Assembly: GCF_006345805.1 (NCBI RefSeq)
Contig: NC_043008.1
Location: 8,370,001-8,434,000 of the forward strand
Direction of reading: 5' to 3'
Source: Octopus sinensis
Taxonomy: Eukaryota
DNA length: 64,000 nucleotides
Both the position numbers and the translations under genes were made by a program. Positions 53,326 through 64,000 of this stretch are shown here, piece by piece. How positions within the stretch are numbered: position 1 is the stretch's first letter; the number at the start of each line of letters is the position of its first letter. The notes beneath the pieces are model-generated. The model was not told the origin of the DNA. It saw only the letters and a program-made list of their open reading frames with translations, and did not search any database.

Positions 53326-54189
53326 GATTAGTCGAAGCCAAAGTACATTCATTACCCGTTTGAATTTACTGAGCGTAGGTGTCACAAACTGGTAGTACAG
53401 TTTAATAAACGAGCATGCGTTCTAATATTTAGATGGAGTCGCAGACGTTGGCAGTCCATCATTTAGTTGCTTTTGTATGACGCCATTTTAAGTAGATTAT
53501 CCTTTTGTCGCCAACATATCAAATAGCCATAAAACGTACGCTTTCTCTCGGTCATTCATAATATTGTATTATCGATTCCGATAGCATCTGTTTGAAGCAA
53601 TAAAACGTGTCATTTCCGCAATAACCAGTTCTTCTCTCGTCTCATTGACGATATTAATAGTCATTTGCTCCCATATTTTGGCATACATCATTAGACAGAC
53701 AACATTTTTATATCTTTATTGTGAAATCGTTATTGGTTGAGGCCAAGATGGGTTATGAACTCGTTTTCTTCTCGATAGAGTCCTGCAATACTTTTCCAAA
53801 TACTTGGTTGAGATACTTCCCGTGTATCTTAAACAAGGTCCAGTAAGCTCTGGATCGAAGAGTACTGATGCTCCAAAACCAGTTGCCAGGGAAATTCTTA
53901 TGTACTTAATTAGAGGATAGAAATTTCACATTACTAAAAAGACAGCCATGTAAATTAGTCTTCACCAGACAAAAGAATGAAACTACAGTCGTTCCAATAG
54001 GAGCTAAAATCATATTAAGCAAAAATCATTCAATTGTATACTTTTGTGTATATACGTACAGCTGTGTATATGATCACGGTAAATAAAAGAATGAATATGT
54101 GTCGTGAGCCACACCGTACCGCAAACAAACAAAAGCAATGCAACTTCCCACAAACAAACAAAAATGAAGCAAATTAGTCGCTCAGTTAT

Positions 54190-56530
54190 TATACATAATG
54201 AAACATTATGCCGGGGTAAATAGCTACCAGAAAAATTGAGCTGATTTTCGATCTATCAAGCTACGATATGATAAATATATCCTTTCGAAGAACAAGAAAG
54301 CGGTGTCAGGTCAAAAAAATCAACTCTGAACGTATAGACCCGTCTCCTATTGTCACCGTCAATGCCTTAATGACAAACCAATCTCACGTCGATCGGTCAT
54401 CACCCGGGACCACAGCGGGGAACCAGATTGGGGTCGAAAATTCGGCTGCTGGAACAAACTCTGCAAAACACGATCTACTAGGTATCCAGATCCCGGATAA
54501 TCATAACCGTAGTCCTGTAGTGACACTACGAAAACCATCACTGAAAGCAAATGCATGTGTTGAAAGATTTCTATGCAGTCCAACTAAACCCAAGCAATAA
54601 CCTCAGAGTACAGACTTACATTTATTGGAAAAACTTAGTAGGAAACGAAGTACGCGGATATATAGATGCAAATAAACTAAGTAATGTACGTAGAGACATC
54701 GTTAAGAATAAAAGGTTAACTGATGCTGGAGTTAGCCAAATTAGGATACAAATATCTCATGGTAGACCGAATGAAAATAGCAACAATGCAGTTGAAATAG
54801 CTAACAAATGTACAGTATCTAGTGTACGAGCAGTACACCCCAACGAGTACTGAAAGTGAAAATAGAATAGCAAGGAATGGAGATGCGGGAAAAGGGGAGA
54901 AATTAGACCTACCTCAAGAACACCTGAATAGGTATGACAGAATTTGAGGTGAATAATAAAGAGAAGGTCATAAAACAAAAGAAGATATTATCAGAGAACT
55001 CGGGAAGGCTGAGTGTACTGACATCATCAAGAAAGAACCTTTGGCAAAGTTGTCAAACAGCATAAAAAACAGCAACATAATCAAGCAAAAATATAAAATC
55101 AAAGATCTTATAAACATCCCTGCAACCAAGGAAAAATTGAAGCAACGAATACAACTGAAAGCCCAACGGCTTCGAAGGTATGACGAAAGACATTTTATCG
55201 ACAAAACAAGATATTCAAGACAGATGCAAAGACATTCTATAGGGAAATTGGCAAAAGTAAGATAGAGGGAAAGGAACCACCTAAGACGTAGGAAACGGAA
55301 GAGGTCTGGAAGAAGATATTGAGCAACAAAAAAATACAATGCTAAAAGCTACCTGGACAGAGTGTGTGAAAGTGAGACTGGATGAAGTTGAAGAGGAGAA
55401 ATGGAAGGCAATAGGAATCGAAGAGTTAATGTGTTCTTAGGAATTCCTAACTTCTGGCTAAATTGTTAGAGAGAAATACACCAAAATTTAGCTGCATTTC
55501 TGACTGATGTCATCCAAAACTCAGAGCAAATACCCGCCTGGCTTACTGAATGAACAACATACTTTCTACCAAAAACTGAAGACACAAACAATCCAGAAAA
55601 CTATCGACCGGTAACATATCTCAACACCTCCTATAAGATCCTCACGTCCATATTAACTGACAGAATATGCGTTTTCCTTGAACAGAGATCTATCTTTCCA
55701 CAAGCTCACGAAAACTTTAAAAGGAATGCTTATGGGTGCAAACTCAATTACTCATGAAGAAAATGATTGTAGGGAATTGTTGATGCAAAAGAAGAACCTG
55801 AGATCGGCATGGATAGATGAAAGGCAAGCATTTGATAGGATCCCAGATAATTGAATACTCAAGGCTCTTGAACTATATAAGATCCCTCCTGTTATCTTTA
55901 AATTCTTACAAGATAGCATGACCAAGTGGAACACACGTCTCCTTCTAAACCCTACTAATATGTTGAGCCAAACTAACAACTTCAACATCAAACGAGGCAT
56001 CTTTCAAGCTGACTCCTTCTCCCTATTACTCGTTTGCATGGCACTGATACCACTCTCAAACGAACTGAATAACACCAGGTGTGGGTTCAAAGTTTACAAT
56101 AAGACAATAAACCATTTGTTTATATATGGACCATCTGGAATTGTTTGACAAAAATGACGAAGAGCTAGTAGGGCTGCTAACGACTCTTAAAGAATTCAGC
56201 AATGATATCGGGAAGGACTTTGACCTTGATAAGTGTGCTAAAGCAACTTTTGTAAGAGGCATGCACAAACAAACAGCTTCCATTAAGTTGGATACCGACA
56301 CCACCATCAAGGAGTTTGATTCACAAGAAAGCTGTAAATACCTGGGGATAAACGAAGGAAATGGTATAAAGGAAAAAGTAAGAACAGAATATTACAGGAG
56401 AATAAGACTCATAGTAAAAAGTGAAATCAAATCTAAAAATCGCATCGAAGCCATTGAGGACATGGCACCTCCAGTGGTGCAATATGGTTTTAAGAACTTT
56501 CAGCAAAGAATTTAGTTTCAAACAAAATGT
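54190..56530 (+). mobile_element. R4/Dong-like non-LTR retrotransposon: N-terminus plus RT, disrupted by stops and frameshifts
   Basis: DANKLSNVRRDIVKNKRLTD; KAQRLRRY; IPAWLTE*TTYFLPK...NYRPVTYL; AWIDERQAFD; IKRGIFQADSFSLL; INHLF(Y)MDHLELF; FDLDKCAK; KYLGI; PVVQYGF. Confidence 0.92.
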
Positions 56531-57454
56531 CTATATCTACAGAAAGACTCTAACAACAGCTGGTTGCAATGATAATATACCTGAGAATGGATCTTCCTCT
56601 ATCAGTGAAGCTTGACAGGGTGTGGGGCGAACTAAAGAGCGTAAAATAACCTCAAGACGTTTTGGGGACAACTATGGTAGTCATGTGCTCATCATATAGC
56701 CAGAGGTCATGTGATCGGAGAGGATTGACGCAGATAGCAAACAGATCTGTTCAGGTGATAAGTGGGAAAATTAAATACTGTTCTGATTCACAAAATAGAA
56801 TAACTAATTCATTTTCAATGCTAGGTATAATCGCTTGTATGAATGGCGTGCGCATGCGTGGGAATACGTATCAGTAGCAGCAGCTCACACAAATACACGT
56901 ATACACATGTTCCTTCATATATATAAATGGAGACATATATGCATTCACACTCAAGATTGTGTGTATTGGGACGTCGATATATTTTCTTTGATTCCTCATT
57001 AAATTCATGTCCTTCTTTTGTACAATACCCTCTCATGTATAGAGGCTTTTTTATTCCATTCTTAAATCGCCTTTATTCTCTTAACATCACTTTAGCACAA
57101 TGTCTTACACACATCTTTCCAAGCAATTTACGCAGTTATAGCCGTCATTTATTACTTTCAAATATTGATATATCGGTGATGGCTGATTTGTAAGTACGCT
57201 TTGAGAGATTCATATTATTTTCTTAAAGATATTTTATTTCACATATATTGGTTCGTCATTTTTGTTTCATTGCTCGAATTCATGTGTAAATTTTCTACAT
57301 TTCTTTGTATTACACATTCGCTTTACAACGTGAGATTTCCCTCAATACATTTACGACTTTGACACTGCCTCGTACATATAATTAATTATTTGTATATGTA
57401 TAAGTGTGAGTATGTACGTAATATATATACATATATGTTTGTCTATAACATGTT

Positions 57455-57600
<146 letters not shown>

Positions 57601-57754
57601 TGTACGTATATGCAGAAATATAAAGTGTGTTTGTATGTATATTTTGCATAAATAAATACATAAATACATGCATATAATGTGTGTGTATCTGAGTGTGTGT
57701 TTGCGCATACGTATAAATAAATAAATATATACACACACACACACACACACACAC

Positions 57755-57795
<41 letters not shown>

Positions 57796-58274
57796 TATAT
57801 ATGATGTAATACTATAATACTTTGATATATAACACTGACGTATTGAAGAGAATTTTGAAAGAAGCAGAGCGACTATATGTTAGAAAAGATACTAATGTGA
57901 AAATACTGACCATTTTCAACAATTAAGTATTTTATAGAAATTCCGGTAGGGATATGAAATTTAATAATGTAGATTATAACCAATGATAATTGGCTGTGAC
58001 CTGACTCCTAATATATTGATTCGTGTAGAGGCACCGAGACACAGGTTTTCGTTGAACATCTTTGATATAGAAACATAGTTTTACAGAATATTTGCATAAC
58101 AAAGAGTGATTTCCACTCAGCTCTAAGACAGTGCGTCTGTATGTATTCAACAACGTATCATCTCGGATCGTATTATTCAGTAGTGCTCAACTGGGCTATA
58201 TATGATCCCTGTGAGTGCATATGAGATTTTATGGGGTCCACGCAAAATGGCAAATGGGGACACACAGTAGTATA

Positions 58275-58486
58275 CTCTTTACTTGTTTCAATCATGTAAC
58301 TGTGGCCATGCCGGAGCAACGCCTTTAGTCGAGCAAATCGACTCCATGAGATATTCTTTGTAAGATTAGTACTTATTTTATCGGTCTCTTTTGCCGAACC
58401 AGTAAGTAACGGGGACGATAAAAACACCAGCATCGGTTGTGAAGCGATGTTGGGGGGATGAAAGCAGACACACAAACACATACACA

Positions 58487-58524
<38 letters not shown>

Positions 58525-58610
58525 TACGACGGGCTTCTTTCAGTTTCCGTCTCCCAAATCCACTCACAAGGCTTTGGTCGGCCCGAAGCAATAGCAGAAG
58601 GCACTTGCCC
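58275..58610 (-). mobile_element. SINE family A, 5'-truncated
   Basis: ctctttacttgtttcaatcatgtaactgtggccatgccggagc...cagtttccgtctcccaaatccactcacaaggctttggtcggcccga...gcacttgccc. Confidence 0.88.
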
Positions 58611-60289
58611 ATGAATAAATTTTATTTTAGATGTGTTTATTTGAAGAACCAGCTCAGTTTCTTTCTCTCACGTGTTACATAGTTCAACCTACAAAAGCTA
58701 GTGTTTGAAAAACAAGACAGCAATTTTGAAAGAACTGTCTAAAATGTATTTTTCAAACAATGGGAGGCTCTGGGGGTTCGCTAGATTAAAATAATAATCA
58801 AAGGAGTCTGTAGGTAAAAGAAAAAAATGGTTGCGAACCATTTGTTTAAGTAAACAAAGACAATCGAACTCAAACTATCTCTATAAATTCTGCTGCTTCT
58901 ATTACAATCGTAAATCTAATGATCCATTGATAAGGCCTTTGGAAACTTATAAGCGACGGCACGAATTCTTACAAATATTGATAGAGAAGAATTAAATCAA
59001 TTCATCAGATTGATTACAAACAGTTTACGTGTATTGTTATCTAATTATTAAACTATCTCAACTCTCAAGACTTTGTTCGTTACATAGTATTTTCATCACG
59101 CGAATAAATCGACTGTTTTGTTAAGTTTAACTCTTTCAATTTGAAATATATTAAAGATTACATAAAACAATTTTTTTTTACTAAGTGTATGAGCTACTAA
59201 GGAAATCGCCGTTTCTAAATTCAATTTATCTGTTTGTAAAATGAATAATTACTGGATAGAAAATTCGATTCATGAAAACAACTTCTTTGCAACGAATTCA
59301 TTTCACTATTAAATTCAAAAGAGGTAGAATCATGAGTTACATTCACAAAATAATCAAATCATATAATTTTGAAATTAAGTTTAGTTAATTACTGAAAGAT
59401 TTAAACCTTTCAAATTTGTAAACATATTTCATTATATATAATCACACACACACACAAACAGGCAACCACACACATATACACACGCACACACACATATATA
59501 CATGCATAGGGAAGGATAAAAAAGTATGTGTATAACAACGACATAATTCATTTGGCCGTACGGATTAACAATTAATTTAAATAACAATATTCTTATCATA
59601 GGATATAAAGAAATATTTTGAAATTTGGCCTGAAAGCTTTGGCAATTTTCTGTTTGTTTTAGCTCGTACTGAATAACTGCAATTAAATTCATTGTTAGCA
59701 TTGTTGAAAAATAATGCTTCTCATTAATATCGAAACATCATTTATTATATAAAACTAACAAAACAATATAAAAATACATAAATCAAATATGTAGGCAAAC
59801 AACAACAAAATAATAAAATTAGATTTTATGAGTTTCAACACAATGCAGCATCAGAATGATATTATTTCATGTTTCAATTTGCGATAGATTGAAACATGAA
59901 TCTCAATATTTGATAAATAATATATAAACAGAAATCCCATTTAAAATTGGGTAATGTCTATTGTTCGACATACATTAATTTTTTCTGAATAAATCACGTT
60001 ATTAAAAAAACATATTGGCAGAGATAACCTCTAATACACACACACCTACACACAAGCATAAAAGTACATCAAATTATTTTCCTATTTATATTCACGCACA
60101 CAGCACGCAGATAAGCAGACCTAAAGCTGCATATATATAGGCATTTGTATGTTGATTGCCTTGACAATGTATTGCGCAGATTTTTCACTCGTTCGACAAT
60201 ACTGATGTTTATATATATGCCTGTATGCGCATATGCTCACATATACGCATTGTTAAAAATGGAAAAATATTGACTGGTGTTTTCTCAAG

Positions 60290-61560
60290 AATCTCTGAGT
60301 TTGTAAATCCCCATTTCGTTCGACTTTCTGTACGGGTGGAGTCTATATCTACTCTAGCTAGCTCCACGCAGTCTTCTACTAGTATTAACCCCTTTCCGCC
60401 TTCCTTTCTAGGTAAGAATAATCTTACTACTCCTGCACATGGTTGGAGGTCTCTATTCATACTGAATCCTTTCCTAGTTATTCTATCTAGCTTTGTTAGT
60501 TCAGTGTTTTTATCTAGTCTACAAATGCTGCTGAGTATCTAAGTAATGATACTGCCTGAGTAATTACAGCCTTCACAATATTCGGGCCACTTGACTTTGA
60601 CTTCATTAACTTACTCACCCTTCTGGTGAAATCCTTCACATGTTTTGTTTTTATTTCTATAGTTTGTCAGATTCTAATACAACTTGATACATATAACTTC
60701 CTCTCCTTTCAATGATTTTAATGCCTGGCCATCTGGTAAATGGATGCCGTCGCTGTTGACTACTTCTTCCCTTCTCACAACTAATATTGCACATTTATCT
60801 ATGCCAAATTCCATTCCTGTATCTTTGTTGAAGAGTCTTACAATCTCTATTAAGGAATGTATCTCTTTCCATTCATCGAGTCATCCATGTAGAGCAAATG
60901 GTTAATTTTCCCCCTACTATTTCTGAACTAATACCCTACCTTTGCCTTCCTTATTACTTAACTGAGGGGGATCAAAAACATTACAAATATTAAAGGGTCA
61001 ACGAGTCCCCCTGGACCATTCCTCTTTTGATATTAATATTACCTAAAAGTTGGTCACCTGAGTAGAAATCTACTCTCTACTTCTTCGTGCTAAAGTTGAT
61101 TAATTCTCTTATGTTGTCTGCTATACTGAACATACTCAAATATTCACTTATTCATGAGTATGCGATCATGTCATTGGCTTTCCTATAATCTATCCATGCT
61201 ATTGTTAGATTTTTCTTTCTAGCTTTTATTTGATTCAGAACTGTTTTGCTATGTTTAATAAATCATGCGCTCCTCTATCATTCTTGCTGAAACCTTTCTC
61301 TTCTACTGGCAGCAAATTTTGGTCGCCAAGGTACTCGTAAATGCTTTTTAAAAGCACTCCTGTTAACCACTTCCATACTAATGGTAAGCAATTGATTGGA
61401 ATATTGTTGCTAGTTGTATTACCATTGCTCTTATCCTTCATAAAACATATTGTCCTCCCTTTAGGCATACAATCTGGTATTATTCCTCCATTAAGGCAAA
61501 CCTGAAGTTCTTCCCTTAGCCTCCATGTAAACTACTGAATAGCAAGGTTTCTATAATTTG
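60290..61560 (-). mobile_element. R4/Dong-like LINE RT region, degenerate
   Basis: MPKGRTICFMKDKSNGNTTSNNIPINCLPLVWKWLTG; AWIDYRKA; VQGDSLT; KINHLLYMDD; FGIDKCA; RLFLPRKEGGKGLILVEDC. Confidence 0.88.
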
Positions 61561-61569
61561 GGCTATCTA

Positions 61570-61765
61570 TCTCATTAAGATCCCGAGTTCAATACACACA
61601 GAGTCTTCCACACTTATCAGTTTCTTTCCTCCATTTGCCCTCTTCATGCATAGGCGATCAGTGTCCGCCCGTACGTGGAAGATGGGATCCAGGCATCGTT
61701 AGGAGCTTTTTGACTTCCTGTCCATCTCATTTAGCCCATCCTCTATCCAGAAGTGGACAGAGGAG
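61570..61765 (-). mobile_element. second R4/Dong-like LINE fragment (post-RT)
   Basis: EMDRKSKKLLTM...(fs)...ADTDRLCMKRANGGKKLISVEDSV corresponds to DRKTRKLLTM...HP..D.DRLY..R..GGRGL..VED. Confidence 0.7.
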
Positions 61766-62564
61766 GAGTAACGATGCTAATGCACGCATTCTTGAAGTCC
61801 GTTGGGCATGCACATTAAGTGTTAACGTTGTAGCTCACATCTACTATTTACAGCAGTGCTTGGAAGGAATGAGTGTAGCGTGAGATCGTCGCATTGACCA
61901 ATACAGAGAAAGTTTACAGTGCGATACTTGCTCAGAGGCCTACACAAAGTTGAAGAAAGTGTATGGAAAGCCGCCAGCAAGTGTAGGATTTCTTTAGACA
62001 TTTCCAAGATGGCCGATAAAATGTCGATATTATGTTGGAGACCCACAGCCAGCAGAACTGAGAAAAACATCACAGATGTGCTTGCAGCTGAGGTGAAATC
62101 GCAACATCACTATCCGCGAGTTATCAGAGGATGTACAGTTTAGTTACGGTTAAGTTCAGTCCATTATCACTGAATATTTGGGTTTGCGACACAGGTCTGC
62201 CAAGTTTGTGCCCAAACCATTTTCAGCTGACTAAAAAGACACTGGGGAACTTGCATAAGATCTCTTTGATTGCGTCGAGAACGATGGAAATGATTTGAAA
62301 ACATTGCGTAGGCTTCTGAGCAGATATGACCAAGTTTTTGGCAAAATTCGATGCAGATTCGCTGCTCAAATTTCTCTGCCATACTCAATGCGACGACCAC
62401 ACGCTACACACTTTCATTTCAAGCAGTGCTGTAAACACCAGAGTGAACTAGCACGTTGAAGCTTAGTTGGAAAACACAGCAATCTGTGCCAAGCGGCTTC
62501 ACTATGCGGCCGTTAGCTTCATTACTATAGCAACAGTCCGGATACTTATTGATCAGACCACGTA
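61766..62564 (+). mobile_element. non-autonomous mariner derivative with two inverted 5' ends (copy 2)
   Basis: Plus arm: DTCSEAYTKLKKVYG...RPTASRTEKNITDV...TIRELSEDV...LGLRHRSAKFVPK...ENDGNDLK. Minus arm: MAEKFEQRICIEFCQKLGHICSEAYAM. Right TIR ...ccggatacttattgatcagaccacg|TA; left TIR truncated. Confidence 0.88.
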
Positions 62565-63693
62565 TGTATTTATGTAAGTATATATGTATGTATTCATGAA
62601 TGCTTGCTTGCGCCGGAAGGTAGAAATACTCGGTTTGTGTCAGAGGGCACAAGGAATGAGAGAAACCTCATTTATGTCAAGGCATACTTGTACGAGGATG
62701 CTATCTCGCATATAAAATTTGCAATTTAGTTGTTTGTGGTCTACTCAGTACTGCTAGTGAGAGCTGTTACGATCTCATACGTGCCGCACTCGATCTTAAA
62801 CTTTGCACAGGCATTGCTAACGTTCCTGTCAGTGATGGTCATCGTTGGCTAACGAGTAGAAGCTCATCATATATATATATGTAAGTACATACATAAGTAT
62901 GCATATGTATCATCATAGCCATCACGTGAAAGTGAATTAGACTTGGGTGCATGTGCGGTGCATTTGCTAACTGATTTGGGAGCATACACTAACTTTCTGA
63001 GTCTGCGTGTGTGTGTGTGTTCATTTAGTGTGTGGATTTAGTGGAGAGAGAAAGAGAGACAAACAGACAGAGTCAGTCAGACAGACAGAGTCAGTCAGAC
63101 AGACAGACAGAGAATTAGAGAGAGTGGAATGCGATTCCATCGACACAGGATGTTGTTTTTCAGTTATGTACAAATCCTCTCATATCTGATTTTTGATGGA
63201 ATTCTTTACTGATACGACCTTCCATCCAGGCCTTATTCTTTCTGGCAGAATTTCATCTATAGCATATTGTAATGTCTGTTATTCTCGCGATACACAATTT
63301 CGTAAAAAAATATTTCCCATTTGGCATTTCCCTTCTGCTTTCATATCTACTAGTTATGTATTCCTTTGTTTGGTAAAATATTCTTTGTTGCTATCAGTGG
63401 TATTAGTCGAATATCTAAACTTACCAAACATATTTTTTATGAAACGTTTTCCATTCATGTTTTTATCTTCCCTTCTACTTGGCCCAAATATCAAATATCG
63501 CCTACCATAGTATACAGAGCTTTGTAGGAGTTTAAAATCATTCTTCCTATTCCGGAAGAGGGAAACATTACAGAGGATCACTCGCTAGCCCCGTCCTGTA
63601 TATTTTTAATATTTGTTTATCAAATAACGTATAGAATGCTTGAAATATGTTTATATATTCTCTTGGACTACAGATCTATAATATATTGATGAT

Positions 63694-64000
63694 GCGCAGG
63701 AGTGGCTAGGCGCAGGAGTGGCTGTGTGGTAAGTAGATTGCTTACCAGCCACATGGTTCCGGGTTCAGTCCCACTGCGTGGCATCTTGGGCGAGTGTCTT
63801 CTACTATAGCCTCGGGCCAACCAAAGCCTTGTGAGTTGATTTGGTTGACGGAAACTGAAAGAAGCCCGTCGTATATATGTATATATATATGTGTGTGTGT
63901 ATGTCTGTGTGTCTGTGTTTGTCCCCCTAGCATTGTTTGACAACTGATGCTGGTGTGTTTACGTCCCCGTCACCAAGTGGTTGGGCAAAAGAGACCGATT
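63694..64000 (+). mobile_element. SINE family A (runs off the window end), duplicated 5' end
   Basis: gcgcaggagtggct-ag-gcgcaggagtggctgtgtggtaag...ggttccgggttcagtcccactgcgtggc... Confidence 0.92.

Overview
AT-rich eukaryotic genomic DNA, most consistent with an octopus (cephalopod) intronic/intergenic region. This is an inference from the repeat landscape and a mollusc-like 28S fragment. The window has dense (TA)n/(CA)n/(GATA)n/(ATGT)n microsatellites and three recurring tRNA-type SINE families (called A, B, C here). It also holds decayed R4/Dong-like, CR1/L2-like and Penelope-like retroelements, Tc1/mariner remnants, and one short 28S rRNA fragment. No intact, recognisable protein-coding gene can be supported. 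Almost all supplied ORFs are microsatellite translations or transposon debris, and only a few weak candidate exons remain. The most notable signals are: (1) three different type-I hammerhead-ribozyme motifs in Penelope-like terminal-repeat sequence, two sharing a non-canonical CCGANGA core and sitting as ~150-bp units between (TA)n tracts; (2) a SINE-28S rRNA chimera; (3) a two-copy mariner derivative built from two inverted 5' ends with a shared junction; (4) a SINE bracketed by a ~135-160 bp direct repeat; (5) an 84-nt near-perfect hairpin.
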